Positions 38,501-53,412 of a stretch of DNA of 64,000 bases are shown piece after piece. This DNA is from Dictyostelium discoideum (lineage: Eukaryota): NCBI GenBank assembly GCA_000004695.1, contig CM000152.2, forward strand, positions 384,001 through 448,000. Reading direction: 5' to 3'. Under the pieces are notes generated by a model. That model was not told the origin of the DNA, made no database searches, and worked only from the letters and a program-made list of their open reading frames with translations. Both the position numbers and the translations under genes were made by a program. The first letter of the stretch is position 1. Each line of letters opens with the position of its first letter.

Positions 38501-38805
38501 GTGTAACTACTACCGCTACTTCATCAGGTAGTGTTTCAACTGCTACCGTATCATCAGGTGCCACAACTACTCATGCTTCAACACTATTTGGAATAACAAC
38601 TGCTGCTTCAATAGGTGCTTTAACAACTGCAGGTATGACAACAGTAGCTGGTGTTACTACTGCTGCTTCTGTAGGTGGTTTAACAACTGCTGGTCTATCA
38701 ACAGTATCTGGTGTAACTACTTCTGCTTCTGTGGGTTCTTTAACAACTGCTGGTTCAACAACTCGTTCTGGTTCAACAACTCGTTCTGGTATAATAGGTG
38801 GTTAA
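32548..38805 (+). CDS. Giant secreted Cys-rich N-domain / Thr-Gly-rich tandem-repeat (mucin-like) protein, paralog B (2085 aa)
   Basis: Signal peptide MKVFLLILLVCFISINVDA. The N-domain NCDYTSCPREFSCHVINRNITACLPDNDICRNFPCPQGSHCFNGERGPGC...YPNLCYVTHC...MVRGDPICL...CTTCAELASTCHSDGLVCRTIVNPKC...ACCPYIAFCDSNSTS is ~60% identical to paralog A. About 1,900 aa of nested tandem repeats follow: TTG(T/R)S (15-nt units), GSASTTGRGTT (33-nt units) and ANSIGGLTTAGVTTVAGVTT (60-nt units). It is a single uninterrupted ORF. Confidence 0.75.
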   Translation: MKVFLLILLVCFISINVDAFHNYRANCDYTSCPREFSCHVINRNITACLPDNDICRNFPCPQGSHCFNGERGPGCFDDIHYPNLCYVTHCSLDYDCRMVRGDPICLRFQNVNPTNTPTPTPVHCTTCAELASTCHSDGLVCRTIVNPKCRGNSIKALAKTKACCPYIAFCDSNSTSHTTGVQTTTGRSTTGVQSTTGRSTTGRSTTGRGTTGTSTTGTSTTGTSTTGRSTTGTSTTGTSTTGRSTTGTSTTGTSTTGTSTTGTSTTGTSTTGTSTTGTSTTGTSTTGTSTTGTSTTGTSTTGTSTTGTSTTGRSTTGRSTTGRSTTGRSTTGRSTTGRSTTGRSTTGRSTTGSASTTGRGTTGSASTTGRGTTGSASTTGRGTTGAASTTGRSTTGRGTTGRSTTGRSTTGSASTTGRGTTGSASTTGRSTTGSASTTGRSTTGSASTTGRGTTGSASTTGRGTTGSASTTGRGTTGSASTTGRGTTGSASTTGRSTTGAASTTGRSTTGRGTTGVQSTTGAASTIGRSTTGSASTTGRGTTGAASTTGRSTTGAASTTGRSTTGRGTTGATTANSIGGLTTAGVTTVAGVTTATASTVAGVTTASTVAGVTTNSIGGVTTGRGTTGAASTTGRSTTGRGTTGATTANSIGGLTTAGVTTVAGVTTATASTVAGVTTGRGTTGSASTTGRGTTGAASTVAGVTTANSIGGITTATASTVAGVTTANSIGGLTTAGVTTVAGVTTASTVAGVTTASTVAGVTTNSIGGVTTGRGTTGATTANSIGGVTTGRGTTGATTANSIGGLTTAGVTTVAGVTTATASTVAGVTTATASTVAGVTTANSIGGLTTAGVTTVAGVTTVNSIGGATTANSIDGATTATASTVAGVTTANSIGGITTATASTVAGVTTANSIGGVTTGRGTTGAASTTGRSTTGRGTTGATTANSIGGLTTAGVTTVAGVTTATASTVAGVTTANSIGGLTTAGVTTVAGVTTVNSIGGATTANSIDGATTATASTVAGVTTANSIGGITTATASTVAGVTTVNSIGVTTASSIGGLTTAGVTTVAGATTANSIGGLTTAGITTVAGATTVNSIGGLTTAGITTVAGVTTANSIDGATTATASASTVAGVTTANSIGGITTATASSVAGVTTASVGGLTTAVASTVAGVTTAASIGGVTTATASTVAGVTTASTVAGVTTNSIGGVTTATASTVAGVTTAASIGGLTTAGLTTVAGFTTAASVGGLTTAGATTVAGSTTSPASVGDLTTAGATTVAGVTTAASVGGLTTAGATTVGGLTNANSIGGVTTATASTVAGVTTNSIGGVTTATASTVAGVTTAASIGGLTTAGLTTVAGVTTASVGGLTTATASTVAGVTTAASIGGLTTAGITTVAGSTTTVAGVTTAASVGGLTTAGATTVAGVTTAASIGGLTTAGATTVAGVTTAASIGGLTTASLTTVAGSTTSSSSVGGLTTAGATTVAGVTTAASVGGLTTAGITTVAGVTTAASVGGLTTAGLTTVAGSTTSSSSVGGLTTAGATTVAGVTTAGATTVAGVTTAASVGGLTTAGITTVSGVTTANSIGGANTATAGITTAGATTVAGVTTASVGGLTTAGITTVAGVTTAASVGGLTTGITTVAGVTTAASVGGLTTAGLTTVAGSTTSSSSIGSLTTAGLTTVAGVTTAASVGGLTTAGVTTVAGSTTSPASVGGLTTATASTVAGVTTAASIGGLTTAGITTIAGSTTSASSVGGLTTAGLTTVAGVTTSASVGGFTTAGITTVAGSTTSRASVGGLTTAGATTVAGVTTAASVGGLTTSSLTTVAGVTTGTASVGGLTTAGVTTTAASVGGLTTAGISTISGVTTATASTVAGMTTAAATSGGVSTATVSSGATTTQASTLFGITTAASVGALTTAGMTTVAGFTTAAFVGGLTTAGLTTAGVTTTAASVGGLTTAGVTTTAASVGGLTTAGVTTTAASVGGLTTAGVTTTATSSGSVSTATVSSGATTTHASTLFGITTAASIGALTTAGMTTVAGVTTAASVGGLTTAGLSTVSGVTTSASVGSLTTAGSTTRSGSTTRSGIIGG
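33090..38790. repeat. ~5.7 kb coding tandem-repeat array (15-, 33- and 60-nt unit families, near-identical copies) inside the 32548..38805 gene
   Basis: Dozens of consecutive copies of units such as actggtacaagtaca or ggtacaagtacaactggtagaagtacaact. The long antisense track ORFs over this region (32949..38222, 33026..33922, 33047..34126, 33923..34252, 38229..38564) are mirror artefacts of the repeat. Confidence 0.9.
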
Positions 38806-39106
38806 ACTTGCTATTAAATATATCTTTTAATTAATAAAAATCCTTTGATATTTACAACTATTTTAAATTTAAAACATCTTTGAATTAATATATATATATA
38901 TCTTAAATTAATAAAAATCCTTACTATTTGATATTTACCACTATTTTAAAGATGTTTTAATTTCTTTGGATTTCACATGTGGATCTGAAATTTTGTTAAC
39001 GAGATAACCAAATTAAACACACTGACCAAATATCTTCGATTTCATATTGATTTTTGGTGATATGGATTTTGAAGATTGAAGTGTTGATGTATATAATTTG
39101 GGTGAA

Positions 39107-39275
39107 GAATTTAATTTTGTTGGAGATTTATATAACAATAAACATTATAATTTTAGAATAATAATAATAAAAATATAATACAAGTGAAAATATACCAATT
39201 CAAGTCTTATTGGTTTTAATTATTTTAAAATTATAATAATTTATTGTTATATAAATCTCCGACAAAATTAAATTC
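39107..39275. repeat. Inverted repeat / MITE-like hairpin (36-bp arms, 1 mismatch, ~97-bp spacer)
   Basis: gaatttaattttgttggagatttatataacaataaa at 39107..39142 versus tttattgttatataaatctccgacaaaattaaattc at 39240..39275. Confidence 0.75.
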
Positions 39276-39625
39276 TGATTCATCACAAAAGAATAAACTT
39301 CTACCACGTGGTTATTGTTGATTTACTTGATGATTATTTCTTTGATTATCAAATACTAATTGACATTGTTATTTATATTGTAAATTATGATGATCTAAAC
39401 TATACCTTAGAGAAACGAATCGATTCGTAAATTAAATGTTTAATTTGGTAGAAAAAAAAAAAAAAAAAATGGAAATGGAAAATCAAAAAAAAATAAAAAT
39501 TGTGCAGATTGGAATGACCCAATTAAATAAAAAAAAGTAAAAAAAAATAAAAAAAATAAAAAAATTGAAACAGCACTTTTTTTTTAATTTCATTTATTTT
39601 ATTTTAAATTTTATTATTATTTAAT

Positions 39626-39635
39626 AAACAAATAA

Positions 39636-39733
<98 letters not shown>
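39626..39733. repeat. (AAAT)n tetranucleotide microsatellite (~27 units) ending 3 nt before the INTS11 start codon
   Basis: aaataaataaataaat... runs up to ...aaataaaaATG at 39737. Confidence 0.9.
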
Positions 39734-39734
<1 letters not shown>

Positions 39735-39736
39735 AA

Positions 39737-42046
<2,310 letters not shown>

Positions 42047-42270
42047 AATTGAAATTTATAATAAAAAACTTTTTTTTTTTTTTTTTGTTTTCTCAATTTA
42101 AATTAACCCATAACAAAATCACAATCGGTTTTTTCAATTTTTGCGCTTAAAATTCAAATATTGGTGCACTTTTTTTTTTTTTTTTTTTTTTTTTCATTTA
42201 CACTCGTTTTATTATATTACACACAAATTCATAAAATAATAAAAAAAAAAAAAAAATAAAAATAATAAAA

Positions 42271-43288
42271 ATGACAACCCCAATTTTAAATTCTTCAGTA
42301 CCTGGTAATATACAAAAAAAATCATTAGAAGGGACACATATTGCAATTAGTGGTTTAGTAAGTAATGTACAAAAAAAAATAAAAAATAAAAAATAAAAAA
42401 TTATTACTATTATTAACTTTTTTATTTTTAAAATTTAGATTGGTGCAGGTAAAACTACATTAGCTGTAGCATTGGGAAAAGTTTTAAATTTACCAACATA
42501 TGTATGTTAAAATAATAATAGAAAAAAAAAATAAATAAAAAAAAAAAAGTTGTAAATGTATATTAACTTTTTTTTTTTTTATTTTTTTTTTTAGTTTGAA
42601 GAAGTTATTGACAATTTATATTTACAAGATTTTTATAAAGATCCTAAAAAATATGGTTTTCAACTTCAAATATATTTATTAAATTCAAGATTTCAACAAG
42701 TAAGTAATAAAAAAAATAAAAAATAAAAAAAAACAAAATAAAAAAAAAACACACACTCATATTTATTTTTTTATTTTTTATTTTTTATTTTTTTTAAAAA
42801 AATAGCAACAACAAATTATTTGGCAAGCTAGAGGTGGTGTGCAAGATAGAACCATTTATGAGGATTCAGTGTTTGCAAAGATGTTAAATGAGAGTGGACT
42901 TTTGGATGACAGAGATTATAATACCTATTGTAAATTATTTCAAAATTTAAGTAACTTTATGAGAAGACCAGATTTAATTATACATTTAGATGTTTCACCT
43001 GAAAAAAGTTTAGAAAGAATTAAATTAAGAAATAGAGATTGTGAAAAGGATGTTTCACTAGAGTACCTTCAAAATTTATATAACGCATATCACGAGTTCT
43101 TGCAAGACATCTCTCGTTACATTCCAGTAATTCGTATCAATTGGAGTGAATTTGTTGACCCTGAACAATTGGCTCAAATGATTAAAGCTGAATATGAATC
43201 AATGAGATTTATGAATCAAATTAATCCTCCAACTTTTGGTAATGGTCCAACCACTAATAAAATTATATCAACTCCAAAAGATTTATAA
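42271..43288 (+). CDS. Deoxynucleoside kinase (dCK/dGK/dNK family; deoxyadenosine/deoxyguanosine kinase-like), 4 exons: 42271..42357, 42439..42501, 42595..42699, 42806..43288
   Basis: Exon 1 ends at a GTAAGT donor. Exon 2 (IGAGKTTLAVALGKVLNLPTY) ends at a GTATGT donor. Exon 3 ends at a GTAAGT donor. All three acceptors are AG. All junctions keep the frame, and the spliced protein reads ...ISGLIGAGKTTLAVALGKVLNLPTYFEEVIDNLYLQDFYKDPKKYGFQLQIYLLNSRFQQQQQIIWQARGGVQDRTIYEDSVFAKML...RPDLIIHLDVSPEKSLERIKLRNRDCEKDVSLEYLQNLYNAYHEF... It carries the P-loop, the DR(S/T)-xxxD-xxF motif and the arginine-rich lid of the dNK family. Confidence 0.85.
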
Positions 43289-43698
43289 AAAAAATAAAAA
43301 AAAAAAAAAAAAAAAAAAAAAATTATTATAATATTAAATAATATATATTAAATTAAATTTAATTATTTTAATTAATTAATTTATTTTTATAATAATAATG
43401 ATAATAATAATAGTAATAAAATAAAAATAAAAAAAATGAAATTTACTAAATTTTGTAGTTTTTGGATTTTATTATAACACACACACTAAATATTATTTTA
43501 TTTTTTATTTTTATTTATTTTTTTTATTTTTGTTTTATTTTTTTTTTATTTTTGTTTTATTTTTTTTTATTTTTGTGTTATTTTTTATTTTTTATTTTTT
43601 ATTTTTTTATTTTTTTTTACTTTTGTTTTTCAAAGTTATAACCAGTTTTTTTTTTTTTTTGTCGTTTCATTTAATTTATTTTTTCATTTAAAATTTAA

Positions 43699-43763
<65 letters not shown>

Positions 43764-43973
43764 TATAAATATAACCAACACCTCGCACATAAATAAAAAA
43801 ACTAAAAAAACTTAAAAACTAAAAAACTAAAAAACTAAAAAACTAAAAAAAAAAAAACTAAAAAAAAACTTAAAAAAATAAGACAAGGAAACATTAAACA
43901 TTAAACATTAAACATAAAGAAAAAGATATATATAGAGAGATAGATAATATTATAAATCAAATTATTGGTCTAA

Positions 43974-46638
<2,665 letters not shown>

Positions 46639-46728
46639 TAAATAATAAAAAAAAAAAAAAACTATATAATTTTTTTTTTTTTTTTTTTTTTCAATTTATA
46701 TGATTTTATTTGATTGTGTATAATTTTA

Positions 46729-47733
46729 TTAGTTAAATTTTATTTGGTTTTTATTTCCACCTAATAATCCACTTGGTAAACCAGTACCAAATGGAAAATT
46801 ACTACCGCCACTACCACTGGTAATACTTGATGGGAAACCAGTACTACTACTACTAGAGCTAGAGCTAGAGAATGAATTACCACTTGATGAGACAACAGTT
46901 GAGGATGGACCTGATGTTGTTATGGTTGTGGTTTGTTTTGATGTTGTAGTTGATGATGTGGTTGATGGAGTTGATGAGATTTGTAAATTCTTGTCACTAC
47001 CACTAGTGATACTAAATGGGAAACCAGTACTAATATCACTACTGCTACTACTAGAGCTAGAGCTAGAGAATGAATTACCACTTGATGAGACAACAGTTGA
47101 GGATGGACCTGATGTTGTTATGGTTGTTGTTTGTTTTGATGTTGTAGTTGATGATGATGATGATGTGGTTGATGGAGTTGATGAGATTTGTAAATTCTTA
47201 TCACTACCACTAGTGATACTAAATGGGAAACCAGTACTAATACCACCACTGCTACTACTACCAGAGGTAGAGAATGTATTACCACCTGATGAGACAACAG
47301 TTGAGGATGGACCTGATGTTGTTATGGTTGTTGTTTGTTTTGATGTTGTAGTTGATGATGATGAAAATTGTAAATTCATATCAATTCCATATTGACTACA
47401 ATAAACAACTGAACCTTCAGCATATTCACCACCTGGTACACATTCAAACCAAATGGTTTTCTTACTGAAAACCCCTTTACAATTATTATTGTTAAAAACT
47501 CTACTCTCATAATTGTTTGTAAACTTTTCAACTGTTTTAATTGATTTATAAGTTCCACAATTTTCAATCAATGTACATTCTCCAATTGTTGTTGTGATAT
47601 TGTTACTGCTACCAACTCCATTTGGACATTTTGTAAATGTAATATAAAATTCCAATTCATTTTGTTGTGAAAAAACAACAATAGTATAAATTAATACAAA
47701 AAGTGTAATTATTAATGATTTTAATGATGTCAT
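46729..47733 (-). CDS. Secreted Ser/Thr-rich protein with three ~46-aa tandem repeats
   Basis: Signal peptide MTSLKSLIITLFVLIYTIVVFS. The Cys-containing N-domain (CPNG...CTLIENCGTYKS...NNCKG...WFECVPG...VYCSQYG) is followed by repeats SSTTTSKQTTTITTSGPSSTVVSSSGNSFS...STGFPFSITSGSDKNLQISSTPSTT. The antisense track ORF 46922..47395 is a mirror artefact. Confidence 0.7.
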   Translation of the reverse strand: MTSLKSLIITLFVLIYTIVVFSQQNELEFYITFTKCPNGVGSSNNITTTIGECTLIENCGTYKSIKTVEKFTNNYESRVFNNNNCKGVFSKKTIWFECVPGGEYAEGSVVYCSQYGIDMNLQFSSSSTTTSKQTTTITTSGPSSTVVSSGGNTFSTSGSSSSGGISTGFPFSITSGSDKNLQISSTPSTTSSSSSTTTSKQTTTITTSGPSSTVVSSSGNSFSSSSSSSSSSDISTGFPFSITSGSDKNLQISSTPSTTSSTTTSKQTTTITTSGPSSTVVSSSGNSFSSSSSSSSSTGFPSSITSGSGGSNFPFGTGLPSGLLGGNKNQIKFN

Positions 47734-47913
47734 TTTAGTTTAGTTGTATTTAAAAATAAATAAAAATAAAAATAAATTATCAAAAAAAAAAAAAATGAAA
47801 ATTATAAAAAAAAAATATTAAACAGAAGCGGATTTTTTCGAAAACTGGTATCGAAAAAAAAAAAAAAAAACATTCTTTAGAAAAAAACCAAAACGTGAAA
47901 AAATGGGTTTGGG

Positions 47914-47952
<39 letters not shown>

Positions 47953-48236
47953 AAGAATTAAAAAAAAAATATTATCATTCTTTATTAATAATAAAAATAA
48001 AATAAAAAAACCCTAATTCTAATATTTATTGAAAAAAAAATAAAGTAAAAAATAAAAATAAATTATATTAAAAAAAATGTTTTTATTAATAGAAATAAAA
48101 TAAAAATAAAAATAAAAAAAAAAAATTTAAATCGGATGTGTTTTCATTTTTTTAATATTTTCGTTTTTACATTTTTTTTTAATTTTCATTTTCATTTTAT
48201 TTTTTAAAAAATAATTTTCATTGTGGTAAAAAGAAA

Positions 48237-49844
48237 ATGAAAAAAAGAACAAGAGATAATAATGATAATAATAATAATGAAGAAGTTGATATTAAAAAAT
48301 TGAAAGAAGATAATAACAATAATGAAAATAATAATAATAATAATATTAAAAGTTATGAAGAGGAACTTAAATCAATAAAATCAATTAAAAAATCTGAATT
48401 ATCAATTAAAAGATTACAAAGTATTTCAAAAGAAATTGGATTACCAATAAATGGTAAAAAAGATGAAATATATAATAGAATTGAACAATATTATAATATT
48501 AAAATTAAATTAGAAAAAGAAGCTAAAGAACATGAAGAGAAAAATCCATTTAATAAAACTAAACCAATATTATTAATTGAAAATGATGATGAAATACCAT
48601 TTTGGAAAGTTTTTAGAAATAAATCAATATTTAAAAAGATATTTTCAAATTTTAAATATTCAGAGACATTTAGTTATTCAAGAACATATTCAGTTTTTTT
48701 TATTTTTAAGGATTTTAAAAATGCTACTGAAATCATTAGAGACAAAGTAAAATCAAATAGTTATTTAAATTTTAGAAATTATAGTGATCTGATTGTCCAA
48801 AAAGAAGAAAAAGAAGAAGATGATGATGAAGATGAGTGTTTTATTGGTTTAGTAAAGATTTTAGAAAACATTAGAGATGAAACTGAAGAAAATAGATTGT
48901 TTTATGATAAACTTATAGATAACTATTGTAATAAGTCAATTCACAGTATGGCTTTATTGGCTAGAATGATTACCTGTTCAAATTTGGTGGCTTTGAAATC
49001 ATTTATTAATAAAAAAATTTACTTTCCAGGAGTCGGTTTTAGCCCAACAATTAAAAGATTTTCAGATATTAAAACTTTGGAATATTTAATTAATCTTGAA
49101 CATGATTCTATCAATTCTATTAGTGCATCTATCTATGATTTCAATTTATTTAAAGAACTTAAATTGGGTGAATTAATTCATATGATCAAAATATTATATC
49201 AAAAAGAAAAAATTTCCAAATTTTTAGATTTACCATATTATCATAATTTTATTATAAAATTACCTGAAGATACCCTTTCTTCTGATGATGAAGATAAATT
49301 TATTGATGAACAATTTAAACAACATAAAAAAGAATTTAGAGAAGGTGTTATAAAAAAAGAATCAATTATAAATGAAATTAAAGATATTCAATTTTCAAAT
49401 AAAGAATTAAATGAAAATTTATTTATGGTTTTAAAACCATTAACAAATTGGGATAATTATTTTTCAAAATTAAATGATAATTATAAAGATACTACTAGTA
49501 ATAATAATAACAATGATGATGAAAATGGTAGTGAATTATCTTTATTAAAATTTAATATTTTAGAATTATATAATAATAAATTAAAGAAAAATTTTGAAAA
49601 ATTACAAGTATTATTTAATGTTAAAAAATTTGAATTTCCAGAAAAAGATTTTCAAGACATTGAAAATATTCACAAGGAACAAATTGAAATTGAAAAAGAA
49701 ATGAAGATTCTATTTAAAAAACAAAATGAATTAATTGAAAAACAAAAACAAGAAAAAGAATCTCTTCAGTCAGAAGATATTGTTAAAAAAAGAGATGCAA
49801 TACATAAATATATAGAATTACTTTTTTTTTTTAACATCACCTAG
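48237..49844 (+). CDS. Hypothetical protein with N-terminal SAP-like motif; probably the 5' part of a single gene continuing into 49984..51322
   Basis: It begins with Asn/Glu low complexity, then LSIKRLQSISKEIGLPINGKKDEIYNRIEQYY (SAP-like), then a long alpha-helical charged region. It terminates inside a T12 run at ~49822..49833. Just downstream the +1 frame is open for 57 codons, straight into the next ORF. Confidence 0.55.
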   Translation: MKKRTRDNNDNNNNEEVDIKKLKEDNNNNENNNNNNIKSYEEELKSIKSIKKSELSIKRLQSISKEIGLPINGKKDEIYNRIEQYYNIKIKLEKEAKEHEEKNPFNKTKPILLIENDDEIPFWKVFRNKSIFKKIFSNFKYSETFSYSRTYSVFFIFKDFKNATEIIRDKVKSNSYLNFRNYSDLIVQKEEKEEDDDEDECFIGLVKILENIRDETEENRLFYDKLIDNYCNKSIHSMALLARMITCSNLVALKSFINKKIYFPGVGFSPTIKRFSDIKTLEYLINLEHDSINSISASIYDFNLFKELKLGELIHMIKILYQKEKISKFLDLPYYHNFIIKLPEDTLSSDDEDKFIDEQFKQHKKEFREGVIKKESIINEIKDIQFSNKELNENLFMVLKPLTNWDNYFSKLNDNYKDTTSNNNNNDDENGSELSLLKFNILELYNNKLKKNFEKLQVLFNVKKFEFPEKDFQDIENIHKEQIEIEKEMKILFKKQNELIEKQKQEKESLQSEDIVKKRDAIHKYIELLFFFNIT

Positions 49845-49983
49845 AAAAAAGCCAATTGAATATTATTTATGTTTTAAAGATGAAAAAGAAATTATATTAA
49901 ATGCAAAAAATTCAAGAAAGGAATTATTAAAAAATTTTAAGTGGAATTACAGATGTTTTCAGTTCACCAAAGACAAATTAGAG

Positions 49984-50725
49984 TTGATAATGCATTCAAA
50001 ATTTTTAATTGAAAAACCATATAAACATATGTTTGAAGATTATGTTGGGTCCTATGTAATTAGTAATGTTAAATCAATTGATATGTTGGATCTATTATTT
50101 AAAAATTTTTCAAACAAATTCTTTAAAGACAACAATCAAAATTGGCCATACTGCAATAGTATTGAAATTTTAAAACATTATGAAAAACTAATGGAATCAT
50201 TAGGTAGAAAATTCTCACTCAATTTTAATTATGGTAAACAAAATGAAATGTATCCAAAATTATTAAAAAGAGCTATTAGTAATCCGAAATTATATCAATG
50301 CCCAGGTTCCTCATCTTCCCCTTCAGCAACACCATCATCACCATCAAATGGAGAAAATCCATTAAAAGTTAATAATATTATTGTAAAGGAAAGAGCATTT
50401 TTATCATTATTAGAATTAAATTATTTTAAAACTATTAGATTTGGTAAAAAATTCCAATTTAACAAAAACTCTTTTAAAATTTCAAGATGGATCTCAGATA
50501 ATTGTATTTCAGATATATCAAAAATCACTTTTAATGAAGGTCATTTAACTAAAATTTATATTCAACTACCAAATATAAAATGCAATAAAAATGATCAAAA
50601 TGATGAAGGCTACTATGATTATGTTGAAGAATATATGGATTATGATAATGATTACGAAGAACAATTTTCTTATTTTTCCTCACATATTAATAATAATAAT
50701 GATAATAATAATGATAATAATAATG

Positions 50726-50797
<72 letters not shown>

Positions 50798-51322
50798 GTA
50801 ATAATAATAATAATAATGATAATATTGATAATATTGGTAAAAGATGATGGAAAGATTATAATTATCTTAAATGTTTATCAACTAATTGGAATATTAATTA
50901 ATTCCAACCGTTTAGATGATATATTTAAAATTCCTAAATTACATAAAATTAACGAGGTCCTTGATCATGCACATATATCATTACCATTAGTTGAAAGATT
51001 ATTACAAAATCCAATTAGTTCAGAAATTGGTTTCAGTGTTCAAACCTTTTTAAGGAATTTGGTCTCTTATGGTAATCTTCCAATTATTAAATTTTTAAAT
51101 TTAAATTATAGTCATATCTTCTTAAAAAAGGCAAGTAATGGACGTAATTTAGAAACAAAAGATTTAAAGAATTTACTTTTAATGGCAATTCGTTATGATT
51201 TTCCTCAAATCGCTGAAATTCTTTTTGTTTATGTAAAAGTAACTAGAGCTGAATTCAAAAAAGAAGTGCCACCCAAACAATTCTCGTTAGTAGCTGAACT
51301 CTTCTTTAGGGATTTAAATTAA
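49984..51322 (+). CDS. Hypothetical protein (probable 3' continuation of the 48237 gene), 2 exons: 49984..50836 and 50916..51322
   Basis: The track ORF is 49984..50847, with the first ATG at 49990. It ends ...NNDNIDNIG at a GTAAAA donor at 50837. A 79-nt AT-rich intron ends at the GTTTAG acceptor at 50913-50915. The frame then continues D-DIFKIPKLHKINEVLDHAHISLPLVERLLQNPISSEIGFSVQTFLRNLVSYGNLPIIKFLNLNYSHIFLKK...FRDLN* (the track ORF 50591..51322 frame). No recognisable domain. Confidence 0.5.
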
Positions 51323-51838
51323 AAAAACTAAAAATAAAAATAAAAATAAAAACAAAAATAAAACTAAAAATAAAAACAAAAATAAAAATAGTTCAGATCA
51401 CTCTTCTGTTATATATGATATCGACTTGGAATCATATAAAACATATTTTCTTTCCTTTTTTTTCCATGGAAAATTAATATTAAATATATATAAGTTTTTT
51501 GAAAAAAAAAAAAAAAAAAAAGAAATTATTTAATTCTGAATATATAAAAAAAAATCCAAGAACAAATGCCAAAATTAGTAAATATAATGGAGTTAGGCTA
51601 AGTTCCAGAAAAGAGATATCCCAAGTGAATGATCCTGAAAAAAATAGAAGGGCAAATCTTTACAATTCAAAGGATTGCAATTAATAATGGTGGATATTGA
51701 TTTTAAAATAATTTATTAAATAAATTATTTAATCTTTTTTTTTTTTATTTAAAATTTAATTTTATTATTAATTATTATTATTATTATTAATTATTATTTT
51801 TAAAATAAATCAAATTATTTTATTTTTTATATTTTTTT

Positions 51839-53333
51839 TTAATTAAATCTTTTAACTTGAGCATCATGTAATGAATGGTATAACATATGAACCTGATGTT
51901 CTAAACCTCTAACTCTTGCAACATCAACCATTCTTTCATCAGTAATTAAATCATGACCACATTCTAAAATTTGAACAATACCAGAGATATAAATTTCTGA
52001 AGCGATACGAGCAGCTTCACGACGGGCCAACTCTCTAATTAAATCTTGTTTTGTATGATAATGATCTTTAATTCTTTGAGAACATGATTGAAATAAAGGA
52101 TGAAGTTTAAAATAATCAGAATAGAAGCCTTCACGAGTTTGATGATAAATTCTTTCCAATTCTACATCCCATTTACTTAGATCCCTTTCGATTGTATTTG
52201 TAGATTCGTATAGCCTAGTTACTTCATTACAAACCGATACGAATCTATCTCTTAATTCTCTAACTGAACGTTTCTCTATATTTAAAAATGCAATTGCCGA
52301 TTCAACTTTTCTTTTTCTTTTTTCATATTCTTCCAATTGCTTGGTTTCTTTTGATTTAATTTTACGTTTTTTAACAATAACTTCAACTTGTTCATCGATT
52401 GCCAATTTTTGATTCATCAACTCTTGAAGGAAATTTATAATTGTACTACCAACTTGTTCACAATCTGCAACTATTTTTGCATTTTGTTTCAATTCTAAAT
52501 TCACTTGTTTCTTTGTTATTCGTTTTTCAATTAATTGATGAATTTCTGTACTTAAATTATGAAGATGTGATGTTAATAATACCCTATTTTTAAATTGAAT
52601 TCTTTCAATTCTATATTTTGCTGTTGCTAAAACTTCTGAAATCTTTTGATTTAAATCTTCTTCATTAATAAAATTACCAATATTTAAATTTAAATTTTGT
52701 GCTAAATTATTTAATTGTTCTTTTTTATTAAAATTTGGTGATTGTTGTTGTTGGGGTTGGGATTGGGGTTGGGGTTGTTGTTTATATGATCCACCACTTG
52801 AAGATAATTGAATTGGATTTTGAATTGGGTTTTGATTTGGTGATGATATTAAATTACCACAACTATTATATTTACCAATTGGAGGTTTATGATTTGTTGT
52901 TGATGGTGATGGTGGTAATTCATTATAACTATTATTAATACTATTATTATTATTATTACTACTGCTACTACTGCCATTTACTATTGGACTATTACTATTA
53001 TTATTTATATTAAATTTATTTTGAGGAATTGGTATTTGTGGAGAAGAAATTGAAGCAGAATATGGACTTTGATTACCTTTTTTAATGATATTATTATTTA
53101 TAGAAGAGCTATTATTAATTATTGGTGATGATGTCACAATATTGGAAGGATTTTTTAACATTGAAATCTTTTTTTTCTTTAATTCTAAATTTGCTTTCAT
53201 TTCATTTAATTGCTCATCAAGTGATTGAATTTGTTGTGTTTGATCCCTCATTTCTTGTTTAACTTTTTGATAATCTTGAATAATTGCAACTATTTTTTCT
53301 TTTTCAATTGAAATTTCATTATCATTATTATTT

Positions 53334-53412
<79 letters not shown>

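Noticed and set aside
33090-38790. Possible CRISPR-like array (regular short direct repeats)
   Set aside because: This is a eukaryotic genome. The repeats are contiguous in-frame coding units with no unique spacers.
46922-47395. 157-aa plus-strand ORF over the Ser/Thr repeat gene
   Set aside because: Antisense mirror of the 46729..47733 tandem repeat (a repeating DVVMVVVCFDVVVDD...).
49782-49815. Intron joining the 48237 and 49984 ORFs (donor GTTAAA at 49782, acceptor ATATAG at 49813-49815)
   Set aside because: At 34 nt it is far below plausible Dictyostelium intron length. A +1 change in the T12 run explains the frame continuity better.
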